A stretch of 50,082 nucleotides of DNA, counting the filler, from Dimargaris cristalligena (taxonomy: Eukaryota): the NCBI GenBank assembly GCA_003614675.1. It is 2 parts of 2 records of this genome, joined end to end, with 100 filler letters (N's around TTAATTAATTAA, not from the genome) between each part and the next. Parts side by side here need not be neighbours in the genome. Positions count along the whole stretch, not along the records: positions 1 to 25,113 come from ML002572.1; 1 more part is not named here. The stretch is one strand, 5' to 3'. Shown here piece after piece: positions 1 through 10,500 of the stretch. A program made the position numbers and the translations under genes. Every line of letters begins with the position of its first letter. Position 1 is the stretch's first letter. Below the pieces are notes generated by a model, which saw nothing but the letters and a program-made list of their open reading frames with translations, searched no databases and had not been told where the DNA came from.

Positions 1-1907
1 AGGAAGCGGGCGATTTTATTGCGCTGGACAGTGGCAATATTCGGCAGGAGCTGTTCGGCGGCCTCAAAGTCCCCTCGCACAATGGCGGTTTGGTACTCCA
101 CGACGGCTAAGGGCAGCAGGTAGCTCACCACATTCAAGTCCTTGTCGGCCAGATAGACGCGGTTGTCCTTGGCCACGTAGCCGAGCAGGTAGAGCGGGAG
201 GTCAAAGTGGGCAATGGTAAAGGTTTGGGTACCCACAACGTAGTTGAGGCGGCGGGCCGCGTTGGTGTAGATGAAGCAGTCCCCGATCCAGCAGCCACTT
301 TCGACCTTTTCGTTGAATTCGTGGACCACTTCGAAGGCCTGTTCCAGACCCTCCTCCTGGAGTTCGTCGGGTAAAGTTCCGCCGTGGGCGGCCAGTTCGG
401 CCTGGTACACTTCCCGGTCGAAGCGAAGAACGAAGAAGCCGTCTTCGGTCACAATAGCTAGGAGTTCGCCCGATTCGGACCAGTAGACGGCCTTGGGCAC
501 AACCTCGATACGGCGCACCAGGAGCCCCTGGTCCCAGTCGTAAAAGTCCAGGAACGATCCGCTACGGACCCCCAGTAACGTGCCCCCAAAAATGCCCTCC
601 ACACTGAAGGACAAGTTGGTCAGCGGGCCGGCCAGCTGGGTCTTCTCTTTGAAGGACTTGAACAGTTTGATCTTGCTGGAGGATTCCCGCACCGCGTATT
701 CGTTGGAATCCAGGGCCCAGACCACTTCGGAACCCCGGCCGAAACTCTTGTTGCGCCAGGCGAGTGCGGTGTAGATGATGTACTCGTCATCCCCGCAGAC
801 GGCGATGAATCGACCATTGGGGCTGTGCTGGAGGGAGTGGGGGTAGACCTCGCAGGTGCCCAGTTCCTTTACGGGCAGGGCCAGTTTTTCGCCGTCCTGG
901 ATGGCTTCCATGGCACTAGCCTTGACATTGGCGGTTTGGATATCGGTGTATTTGGCCCAGATGATCTTGCCGCTGGCGTCCATGCTAACTGCCGGCTCCT
1001 CCTGGCCCATTTTAATCACCACCACGCCCTCTTCGTAGCCAAAGGCCAGGTTGTTGGTTCCGGGTTGGAAGGCCACAGTCCAGGCCCGGTCCAGGCCGTA
1101 GCTGAGAGTGTTCTCGAGATGGTAGGTATTAGAGTTCCAAATCTTGACGGCACCGTCCTCGCTAGCGGTCATAATAATGGGCAGGTTGGGGTGGAAGGCC
1201 ACGGCGCTGATATTCTGACTGTGGCCCTCGAGGGTCTGGACGCAGGACTTGTTCTGGTAGTCCCAGACCTTGATTTGACAATCATCGGCACCGGAGACCA
1301 GGTACGGGCGGTCATTGCCGTAGTAGTAGCCCACGCAGTTGACCCCCTTGGTGTGGCCATCGAGGGTGTAATTTGCGACGGACGAGCCCATGTTCCACAC
1401 CTTGATGGTCTTATCCAAACAGGCACTGGCAAACGTGTTGGGGTCCTTCGGGTTGATAGCCAGGGACATGACGTAATGGGTATGGCCCTCGAATACCCGG
1501 GCGCATTTCCAGCCCTTGTCCCAGTCCCACAGACGGATGGTCATATCATCACTGCTACTGAGGATAAACGGCTGAGAGGGATGCACGGCGAGGGCGCGGA
1601 TGTAGTCCTGGTGGGCGTCGAATTCGGCCACCTTTTCGTGGGTATTGTAGTTGAAGACCCGGATGGTCATGTCATCGGAACCGGTGATAATCCAGGACTT
1701 GCGGGGCACGAATTTGGCGGCGCGCACGGGCAGATTGGTGACCTCGAAGGTTTTGACGAGGGCCTGGGTTTCGTAGTTCCAGATGTAGACGTTACCATTG
1801 TAGAGACTGGCCAGAACCCAGGGTTCGGTTGGGTGCATGTCGATGCATTTCACCCGGTCGCTGGTATGCGACAATAGTTTCCGCTTGATTTCCAATCGCA
1901 TACCCAT
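1..1907 (-). CDS. SEC27: Coatomer subunit beta' (COPB2/Sec27), 5' part; continues beyond the window start
   Basis: Manual minus-strand translation from ATG 1907 (CCACCATGG context): MGMRLEIKRKLLSHTSDRVKCIDMHPTEPWVLASLYNGNVYIWNYETQALVKTFEVTNLPVRAAKFVPRKSWIITGSDDMTIRVFNYNTHEKV...AHQDYIRALAVHP...FEGHTHYVM, the beta'-COP WD40 N-terminus. Missing from the ORF track, presumably because no stop falls inside the window. Confidence 0.97.
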   Translation of the reverse strand, partial: MGMRLEIKRKLLSHTSDRVKCIDMHPTEPWVLASLYNGNVYIWNYETQALVKTFEVTNLPVRAAKFVPRKSWIITGSDDMTIRVFNYNTHEKVAEFDAHQDYIRALAVHPSQPFILSSSDDMTIRLWDWDKGWKCARVFEGHTHYVMSLAINPKDPNTFASACLDKTIKVWNMGSSVANYTLDGHTKGVNCVGYYYGNDRPYLVSGADDCQIKVWDYQNKSCVQTLEGHSQNISAVAFHPNLPIIMTASEDGAVKIWNSNTYHLENTLSYGLDRAWTVAFQPGTNNLAFGYEEGVVVIKMGQEEPAVSMDASGKIIWAKYTDIQTANVKASAMEAIQDGEKLALPVKELGTCEVYPHSLQHSPNGRFIAVCGDDEYIIYTALAWRNKSFGRGSEVVWALDSNEYAVRESSSKIKLFKSFKEKTQLAGPLTNLSFSVEGIFGGTLLGVRSGSFLDFYDWDQGLLVRRIEVVPKAVYWSESGELLAIVTEDGFFVLRFDREVYQAELAAHGGTLPDELQEEGLEQAFEVVHEFNEKVESGCWIGDCFIYTNAARRLNYVVGTQTFTIAHFDLPLYLLGYVAKDNRVYLADKDLNVVSYLLPLAVVEYQTAIVRGDFEAAEQLLPNIATVQRNKIARF

Positions 1908-2835
1908 GGTGGAGGCTGGTATTGGGGTGGAAAAGCTAGAGAGATGAGCGAGGGCTGGGGATGCCGAGTGGCGAACTAAAGGAGGGAGATAATAATAAAC
2001 GGCAAAGTGTGGGGGAATCGAAGGTAAGAGAAGCGAGATAATAGAACGGAACGGAGCCGGGGGATGAACGAGAAATAGCCGGATGAGACGCTACCTGGAC
2101 CATGCAGTGGCTAAGAGAGTCAGATGAGAGCCTTGGGTGTAAAGGGGTGTGTGGTGGTGGTATCTGGGCCATATTTAATCCCCCCCCCCCCCATTTTGCC
2201 CAGTTGCCTTTTAAGTGGGTCATCGTGGATCAGTCGCTCTGTTCATGATACCGCAGTAGGTAGTATGTGGGCAATAGCAACAGGCCAAATCGCTCTAATC
2301 AATCAAAAGATATGGACACGTTGTCTATCTAATGGTCCTGTTCCGTCAACTAAGTAAAACAGTTGAAGGGGCTGGTTAATTACAGCTGGCCCGCGCAGAA
2401 AACAGCCCAAGAGTGGCTCTTTAATGGTCGGGGTTGCAATTTGAATTGAGCTGTCCCTTTGCGCCCAGAACTCAGCCATATGTCTAAGGGGTACGGGTAG
2501 GTATGATCCCAGTATTACACCTCTCCTAGTCTTGGACGGGTTGGCGGTGTGCGGTAGTACAACATCAAGTAAAGCGACCTAGGCGCGCGGGTGGGCTCTT
2601 GTTGTGCTTGCTTGTTTGGCTATGCTATCGTTCTATATACGCTGAACTATTGTGGATTATTTGGGTTAGCCAAAAAAAAGTACCCCTCACTACAGCACTT
2701 CTCTGTTTTTACCTAGAGGCTTTGACTGCCACTTCGCCTCTCGACTTGCCAACCAAAACTCCGTCTGTCTATTTACATTCCGTCTCTCTATTATTATTAC
2801 TAGTATTATTATTATTGGCTAACGCATTCCACCCA

Positions 2836-4896
2836 ATGGTCACTAAACTGAAAACCGAAGAGACTAGTACTCCCGCGGTCGAAGTCGGTTACCTCCGGCC
2901 CCGTCGCATGATAGTCAAAGTGCGCTTGCCCAGGGCTGAAGAAGTCGTATCCAAAGGCCGAGGCCGAGGCCGCGGAAGGGGTCGTGGTGTAAACACCCGC
3001 ACTGCCCGCTCCTCTACCACCACTACCGCCGCCACCACGGTACGGCGGACCAAGACGACCCGTGCAACCACCGTCGCCCAACCTATCCCTGCTACCCCAT
3101 CCCGACGGGGCCGCAACACTCGGATCCAGGGTCTGGAGCAGTCCATGTCGGTCACTGAAGAGGACCTGGCTGCCGATGCGGCCGGTGGTCTAAGCAAAGC
3201 TGCCGCCGATTCCGAAGGGCGGGACGATTGGCAGGATCTTCGGGTTAGTGCCAAGTACGCCCGCTCGACAACCAAGGCCCAGCGACGGACCCGGGGAGAG
3301 TCCGAGGTTCCACCCACCCCTACCTCCCGAAGAACGAACCGGCCTCCCGCGGAGTCTACCCCCGCCCGATCCACCCGGCGAACCACTCGGGCCCGCCAGG
3401 ACCACCCCCCCACCGATAGTCCGGACGGTGATTTTACCCACCTTTCCGACGACGGCTCATCCGGTTCCGATGAACCAGACGAGGACAGCTTTGACGTGGG
3501 TATGGCCGGTAAACAAATGTTCGGACTAGGGAGCGTCCGCAAAGGCCGGTCCGTCCTCCGTAAAAGCTCCACCCAGCCCGGTACCCCCCAGGCCTGTCGG
3601 GGTCGACTGCCCAAAACCCCCGCCGGTCAAACTAATGTTACGGACAAATATAATTTAGACGCCATGGAGGAAACCCTCAACGAAATTGACTGCATGGCTA
3701 AGCAATCCGGTTTCGTTATGAATTTTGGGCTCGAAGGGGATGGTGATAGCGATGCCGAAGAAGAAGAGGAGGAGGAGTTCAACCTCAAGGCTATCATCGG
3801 CGGCATGGCGGGTGACAATGAGTACCAGGCCGAATCCGCGGCGGCTCAAGGGACGGGGGATGCCGCCTACGGACGCTACTTCAATGATCTGCATAGCCAT
3901 AAGCTCAACCAAACCTCCAATCACACCCTGGCCAAGCTGCCCGTGCTCGAGCACAGCGATTTTCTGGAGTGTCTGCGGTCCGTTCCCCCCAGTCATGTTT
4001 CGGAACGGGAGATGCTCTGTCGGCTCCACGAGCACCATTTCCAACAATGGTATTTCGAGCTTCGGGCCGGCTTCAACATTTTATTCTACGGATTCGGTTC
4101 CAAACGACGCATCCTCACGCGATTTGTCACGGAGTATTTAGGCGATGCCCCCGTGGTAGTGATCAACGGCTATTTCCCCACCCTCACCGCCCGCCATATA
4201 TTCCAGAAAGTTTTGGTGGAAGGTTTGCAGCTACCGAGTGCCGGGCCGCCCCATCTCACGGACCAGTTGGCCCTGATTCGGGATTATTTCGCCCAACCAG
4301 ACTGCCCCTGGCCCTGCCTCTACCTGTTGATCCATAATATCGACGGGCCCAGTCTCCGCTCGGAACGGATGCAAAACACCCTGAGCCAATTGGCCGCGTG
4401 TAGTCCCCACGTGCACCTCATTGCGTCCATTGACCATATCCAGGCCCCCTTACTTTGGGACTCCGTCCGCCTGTCCCAGTACCAGTGGGTCTGGCATGAC
4501 CTGACCACTTACGATCCCTACACCGCGGAAACCAGTTTCGAAAACTCCCTCATGGTGCAACGCCAGGAGGTCAGCGCCACCGGTATCCAGTACGTACTGG
4601 CCAGTTTGACCAGTAATGCCAAGGGTGTGTTCCGCGTGTTGGCCAACTACCAAATTGACATTGAGCGGAGTTCCGGGTCAACAGCGGGGGGCAATGGCCT
4701 GTCGTACCCCACCTTCTACGCGAAATGCCGGGAGAAGTTCCTGGCGAGTAGTGATGTGGCTTTCCGGGCCCAGTTGACTGAATTCCGGGATCACAAGATT
4801 ATCCAGTCCCGTAAGGCGACCGACGGAAATGGGGATGTGCTGTATATTCCCCTTGACGTTGACACTCTAATGGCTATTCTCGAAAACATGCCGTAA
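2836..4896 (+). CDS. ORC2: Origin recognition complex subunit 2 with a long disordered basic N-terminus
   Basis: C-terminal half has ORC2 motifs FQQWYFELRAGFNILFYGFGSKR, VVINGYFP, LLIHNIDG, IASIDH..APLLWD, WHDLTTYDPY..E, LTEFRDHKII. First ATG at 2836 (MVTKLK); the track's TTG start at 2599 is unlikely. Confidence 0.96.
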   Translation: MVTKLKTEETSTPAVEVGYLRPRRMIVKVRLPRAEEVVSKGRGRGRGRGRGVNTRTARSSTTTTAATTVRRTKTTRATTVAQPIPATPSRRGRNTRIQGLEQSMSVTEEDLAADAAGGLSKAAADSEGRDDWQDLRVSAKYARSTTKAQRRTRGESEVPPTPTSRRTNRPPAESTPARSTRRTTRARQDHPPTDSPDGDFTHLSDDGSSGSDEPDEDSFDVGMAGKQMFGLGSVRKGRSVLRKSSTQPGTPQACRGRLPKTPAGQTNVTDKYNLDAMEETLNEIDCMAKQSGFVMNFGLEGDGDSDAEEEEEEEFNLKAIIGGMAGDNEYQAESAAAQGTGDAAYGRYFNDLHSHKLNQTSNHTLAKLPVLEHSDFLECLRSVPPSHVSEREMLCRLHEHHFQQWYFELRAGFNILFYGFGSKRRILTRFVTEYLGDAPVVVINGYFPTLTARHIFQKVLVEGLQLPSAGPPHLTDQLALIRDYFAQPDCPWPCLYLLIHNIDGPSLRSERMQNTLSQLAACSPHVHLIASIDHIQAPLLWDSVRLSQYQWVWHDLTTYDPYTAETSFENSLMVQRQEVSATGIQYVLASLTSNAKGVFRVLANYQIDIERSSGSTAGGNGLSYPTFYAKCREKFLASSDVAFRAQLTEFRDHKIIQSRKATDGNGDVLYIPLDVDTLMAILENMP

Positions 4897-5372
4897 CCAG
4901 CCGGTTGTTTCTTCATTAATTAATTAAGTTTGCTAAAGGTGATTTACAGCCCTTTTCTTTTTTTTTTCTTGCTCCGGAGATCATAAATTTTATATTTATA
5001 ATATATATTTCTGAGCGTGTATTTTACCGCCGTTTTCAATGGGCGTATTTTTCGACGGAGATGAACTGCTGATATGGTTTTTGAAGTTAATCCTGTCCCA
5101 TTCCTAATTTCTTATAATAAACCGTTGTAAACTACTCGGTATCCTTTGATCCTGTGCTAATTAATTAACCTTAAAAGGCCGTGTACCAGAGTGCTATAAA
5201 GCTGTCTACTCAACAACAATACCAATCCAGCATCAGCAAAGCTACTTAAAGAATAGTTATATGTATATTTATGTAGAGCGTAGTAGCACATGGAAGCGTG
5301 TGCGATATGTGCCCATAAAGATAAAATAGAGCCAACCAACTAGCCGCCCGGTAAGCGATGTGGAAATACCGA

Positions 5373-6395
5373 TCACACGGATGGATATTCGGGGAAGTAC
5401 GCAGTGGTCATTCGGTTGGTGTAGTCGATTAGATTCTGGTGCTTCCGAACTACCTCGGCCATCATCGGGCAACTTGGGACAGCCAAGGCGCGGATCAGAA
5501 AGGCGTAAACGGAGGCATCCAGGGTGGTGGGATACTCGAGGCTGAGGGCAAACTCATGCCGGTCCACTAAAACGGCCAAGGCCGCCACGGCCTTTTCCAT
5601 ACGGGCCACGATCACGGACTGCGGAGTACGGTCGAGGGCATCCGCAGCATAGCGCTGCTGCACGAGTTTACGCACATGGCTCCCAATCACGCCGCGGAGG
5701 GGAAACATGATAGAGCCGAACAGGGTCTTCTCAACCAAGGCCCAGCCCCGGGGGGTACACCAGCCCTCCCAGCCCATGAGGTATAACAGTTCCTGTTCCA
5801 CTAGGATTTTATAGGCCAGTGAATTGGCCCGCAGACGGGCGGATAGGTGCCGGTCGATATCGGGGGCCAGCTGAGCGTCGTGAGTGAGCCACTCGATGAT
5901 TTGGGAGGAGTCGGTGATGACCTGGCCCTTGTAGGCAATATAGGGCACCTTACCGAGCGGGGCCTGGCTATGATCAGCGATGACTTTCTTATAGGGAATA
6001 CGGGTCAGGCGGAGGAACGTTTCGAGTTTGACGCAGTAGGCGCTTAGGGTAGGCCCTTGGGGGCAGTCAGGGGTCTGGTATAGGGTGACCAGAGGACTGT
6101 CCCGCTGGCTCTGGGCGTGGCGTAAAAGTCGATGGGATATGAGAGCGGGCTGTTCATACTTGCCGGTGCGTGCCTGGGGATTGCGGACCAGTCGGTCTCG
6201 GCTGAACCAGCGGTAGATATGGAGAAGCACCAGGCCGGCGGTGAGCAGACCGGCGCCCAAGGCTAGATTCGGGTAGGCGTGGTACAGGGCCCGGTAGTTG
6301 TAGTTTTGGAGGTAGGTCAGGAAGACCAGGATGTGTTCCCGGGCCTCCTGGAGCTGGTGTTGAAGCTGAAGCTGGAATTCCTTTGGGTGGTCCAT
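5373..6395 (-). CDS. Failed-axon-connections (FAX)/metaxin-like glutathione S-transferase-fold protein with an N-terminal TM helix
   Basis: TLSAYCVKLETFLRLTRIPY, APLGKVPYIAYKGQVITDSSQIIEWL and PTTLDASVYAFL are FAX/metaxin GST-N and GST-C motifs; hydrophobic LALGAGLLTAGLVLLHIY segment; first ATG at 6395. Confidence 0.88.
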   Translation of the reverse strand: MDHPKEFQLQLQHQLQEAREHILVFLTYLQNYNYRALYHAYPNLALGAGLLTAGLVLLHIYRWFSRDRLVRNPQARTGKYEQPALISHRLLRHAQSQRDSPLVTLYQTPDCPQGPTLSAYCVKLETFLRLTRIPYKKVIADHSQAPLGKVPYIAYKGQVITDSSQIIEWLTHDAQLAPDIDRHLSARLRANSLAYKILVEQELLYLMGWEGWCTPRGWALVEKTLFGSIMFPLRGVIGSHVRKLVQQRYAADALDRTPQSVIVARMEKAVAALAVLVDRHEFALSLEYPTTLDASVYAFLIRALAVPSCPMMAEVVRKHQNLIDYTNRMTTAYFPEYPSV

Positions 6396-7577
6396 GCTGG
6401 GTCCGCTGATGGTATGCAGGTGTATGCTATCGGGAATAAGGGGCGAATCCTGGTTCAACAAGGACTGCCGGGGTTGACAATGGCCCGAAATACCTCCGAG
6501 TTATCGGGTATGGGCATATAGGGAGAGAGGGAGGAAGAAAGAGAGAGAGGGAAGGGTAGGAGGAGAGCGAAAAAAGGCCTAGGTAAATTGAATAGAGAAG
6601 GAGGGAGAGAGGACTGTTGGCCTGGAGGTGTATCATCTTTTCCCTTTAGCCCAGCAGCAGTTACGCATACACATACACGGGGCAGGTGCTTATGGATGGC
6701 TGTATTAGCACGGCGGAGTTTTTAGGGATGAGAGTGGCAATGGTAAATATATTATACAACTAACCGGCCGTCACCACCCCCGTGCTGTAAGCCAGCCTAT
6801 GGCACCTGACTCTCCTCTAATCATCGCTGGGTCAGGCCATCCCATAGTTCCAGTGTATCAACAGCGGCTATTTATACGCCCCGTGGGCTCAATGTCTAAT
6901 TCCCTTTGATTCGTATATATGCATACATACAAAATCTCTCTCCTCTCCATCGTGGACCTGCAATTTCACTACTTCCCGGGGCCTGGTTATCCTTCTCTGC
7001 TTGACTTTCTTTAACCCTATTATGCCCATTGCGTGCTCCCTCCTTTCTCACCTCTCTCTCTCTCTCTTTCCCTTTCTTTTATCATTTCCCTTCAATACAA
7101 TACCTATCGCTTCGGAGCTCCTCATTACCTCGACCTGCATTTAACCTTTTCTAGTCTACCGTATCTCTCTCTCACGTATTTAAAAAGCTTATTCTCCCCC
7201 CCTACATCTGCGCCCACCGGGGTCAAGACCATTCCACCTCGTTCTACCAGGCGGTGCTTGTTCTGCTCCCGTTCCTTCGCCCCGGGTCCCTCCTCCTCAC
7301 TGCAGGTCCCGTATTCTCCCAGTTTACCCCTCACCCCGTGCGATTGCGTGCGTGTTTCATACTTCAGGTCCCATTTACTTTGGTTCTGCCCCCCCACCCC
7401 TCCCCGCAAACTATTCCCCTCTTTGCATTTTATTCGCCTTCACTCCGTGTTTTATCTGCCGTATACCACTGTATTCTTCCGCCTCCCCTCATTCTCATTC
7501 TCCTTTTCGCCTAGTCTGGCCGTAGGCCCCAATCCCAAGCGTGTGGCTCATATAGTCCCCCCTGTCTCGTGGTAGCC

Positions 7578-10500
7578 ATGGGTCTCACTGGCTGGTTTTA
7601 TTCGGCTCCTAATAAGCCCGGCGCCGTCACTCCCGAGGCCGAAGCGGCTCCAACTACTGCCGAACCAGCTCCCGACGACCTCCCGACCCGTGAAACGAAC
7701 CAGTCACACTCCGAGCCGGAGGTGCCACAGTCCTTAAGCTCCGCCGACATTTCCTCTCCACCCACTCACCACGCGGCATTCAGTGAATCCATCCGCCCGA
7801 ACGAGCTCCCGCCTAATGGCGAGGGCCACGGGGTTCGCAGTCAGCCACAAACCCTGGTTGAGCCCCCAGTAGTTGTACCACCACCGACGCAACCGACATC
7901 CCTCATAATACCCAGCCTCCCTGCCTTGGTAGATGGGGTTCTCGTCGATTCACACACACAGGGTGCTCCACAGTCGTCGTCCCACCCGTCCGTTCCACCT
8001 GTATCAAACTCGCCGGCAGGGACTACCGCCTCAGACGAACCCCTGCCAGAACCTGAGGGTACCGAACCACCGGCTCCTCCTACTGGTCGGCAGTCGTGGT
8101 TTGGCTTCTGGTCGTCTGCCCCAGCTCCCGCTTCGGCTCCACTATCAGCCTCTTCTTCACCAACGGCCCCGCCCATAACTTCCTCCCCTCCACCCCAAAC
8201 TTCCTCCCAGACCCACTCGTTTTCGCCTGCGCATGTCTCTGGCCCCGAGCCCATTCCTCTCCCGTCACCAGAATCTGTACCCCAAACGGAGACTCCGCTT
8301 GCCGAACCGGACACTGCTGATTCCACTTCCCCTGTCCCCGGCCTCCCATTGACTGAGCACCCTAACGATTCCCCGGCCTCGACTAGTCCTGGGCAACCAC
8401 CTGCTTGTGAACCGTCTACCCCCACTTCGCCGGAGCGGTCAACTCCCAATCCCCTCACCGGTACCCTGCCCGTTTCCAGTTCAGTCTGGCGCTACCTTTT
8501 CTCCGGCTCCTCCCGGCTAATGACCCAGGGCCCCCGCTCTGTCTCTAACCGCCCGCCACCCGGTCTTATAACCTACACCGGGTCCAACCCGCAAAATCGG
8601 AATCCTTCGGCCTCAACTGGTACTTCGGAGGCCCCCGGTGCACCTGAATCCGTATCCACTACCCCATCCACCCCCATTCCTATCCAAACCATGGCCAAGG
8701 CCAATGGTTCGTCGGGCCGTCTTCAGGGGCCGCGGCGGTCATCGTCCGGAACCCCCGAGTCCCTTCCCGCCGTGGCCAAACTAGGGTCATCCTCGCCCTC
8801 CACTGCCGTACAATACTCCTCCGCCCATCAGGGTGGTCATAATAGTAAACCCTACGCCGCCTCCATATCATCTCGCAAGTCCAGTGCTAGTTTGCGATCC
8901 CACGCACTCTATTCGCTCCGGGCCATCACCGGGCAGGAGGGGGATGTCACTCCACCCCTCTCGACCCCGGGCCGTGAAGATAGCAGCGGTGCCCATACTC
9001 CCATGGGGGTCTCTCGCCCAAGCACCCCGCACCAGGGTGGTTCCCCCGACACCTTTACTATGGATCAGGACCCTCCGCCGGCCAATCCCGCCCAAGCCCC
9101 GCTTCCTGTGGCCACCAAGCCAACCCTCCGACCAGCAGGTAGTTTCTTCTCCCTTCGGCGCAAGAAACCGGCGGCGGACCCCTTCACCACTGACAACTTA
9201 ACCAAACGGCGGAGTGTCGGCCCCGAGACCTTCGCCCCGCGGCAAGAATCAACGCCGGCCCCGTCCGCACCCTCCACACCCGTTCATAAGACTACCCCAC
9301 CGTTGGCCCGTACCAATAATCACTCACCCGTACCCCGCCCGTCTCCTGTACAAACCACCACCGTCCAGTCGACCTCCAGTCGGGAGGCCCCTCGCCCCAG
9401 CGCCGGTACTGGTTCGGTTTCATCCCGACGTTCCTCGCTGGCGCCCTCTTCCACGACCCCCCGTAAGAATACCGCCCCATCGTTACTAACCACCGTGTCC
9501 CATTCACCCAAGGTCAATGGCACTACGGCGGTCGCCACTGTATCGGGCACTTCAACCACCAATGCCACGGCAGCAACCGCCTCGGCAGAGGCACTGGCTA
9601 CGGGGCCTAATTACGTCTTTCCGACCCCAGCTGACCTCAATCGGGTTATCTCTGCTCAGCGGCAGCACTGGGCCGACCACCTGGTTCTATGTCACCAAGA
9701 CCAGTCAGAAGGCAATAGCGATGCAGCCGAATCTCACTCTCCCACCCGTACCCTCTGGAACTCCGTGGTCCATACCCTGGGCCATTATTTACACCCCTGG
9801 GTGGCACCGCCCCCCCGCATCAGCCCGGATGGTTCCATCCAGGCCCCATCTGACCGCCGGCATAGTTTTGCCGTGGGTGGTCCTGGTAGCCCCTTTTCAG
9901 CTTCACCACCGGTTTCGGCGGGTACCCGACGCTCCCTGGATGGCTGTCATCCAGTACCTGATACGAAATCCTTCCCCCGCCTTAACCCATGGCTGTCAGA
10001 GTCTCCCGAATGGCAAAAGCCCATGAAGAACGTCGTCATTATTGGAGTTCACGGCTGGTTTCCAATGAAATTCCTTAACAAAAGTAAGTGATAGTTTAGA
10101 TATGCATACTACATGTATGCGTTGGTAGGCGGTGATGTTTTTTAGGGACCTGCCGTCGGACTAAGTGTAATTATGTGGGTATGCGTATGAAGGCATGCGG
10201 GTGTTTATACGCAGTATTGGTCAGATTCCATGACGATTAGAATAGCCAAATCAGTTTTTATCCCGTCTTTCCAACACTGTTTTCCCAGCCGCGTCCTGTT
10301 GCATCCGCCCGCGCCTTTTGTTTCACCCATGTGTTATTCAGCAGCTAGCGAGTCCAGCACCAGCAGTATCCTTTATTAACCCATATTTTCCCATCCAATA
10401 ACTATTCTATTATCCATCATCTCTGATCCACAGTCATTGGTGAGCCCACCGGAACCTCGAGCAAATTCTGTGAGAAGATGTACGAGGGCTTAATCACCTA

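Noticed and set aside
825-1877. 350-aa plus-strand ORF
   Set aside because: Antisense shadow of SEC27 caused by its biased codon usage; no ATG start and no family features.
2380-2600. E2F/CHR/MCB-like words (TTTGAA, TTTGCGCC, GCGCGCGG) in the SEC27-ORC2 divergent promoter
   Set aside because: Short, mostly imperfect matches that are expected by chance.
2599-2835. Hydrophobic N-terminal extension on ORC2 from a TTG start
   Set aside because: Pyrimidine-rich 5' UTR-type sequence; the first ATG is at 2836 and ORC2 is not a membrane protein.
7033-7575. 180-aa Leu/Ser/Pro/Phe-rich ORF
   Set aside because: Translation of a CT-rich promoter/5' UTR; no ATG.
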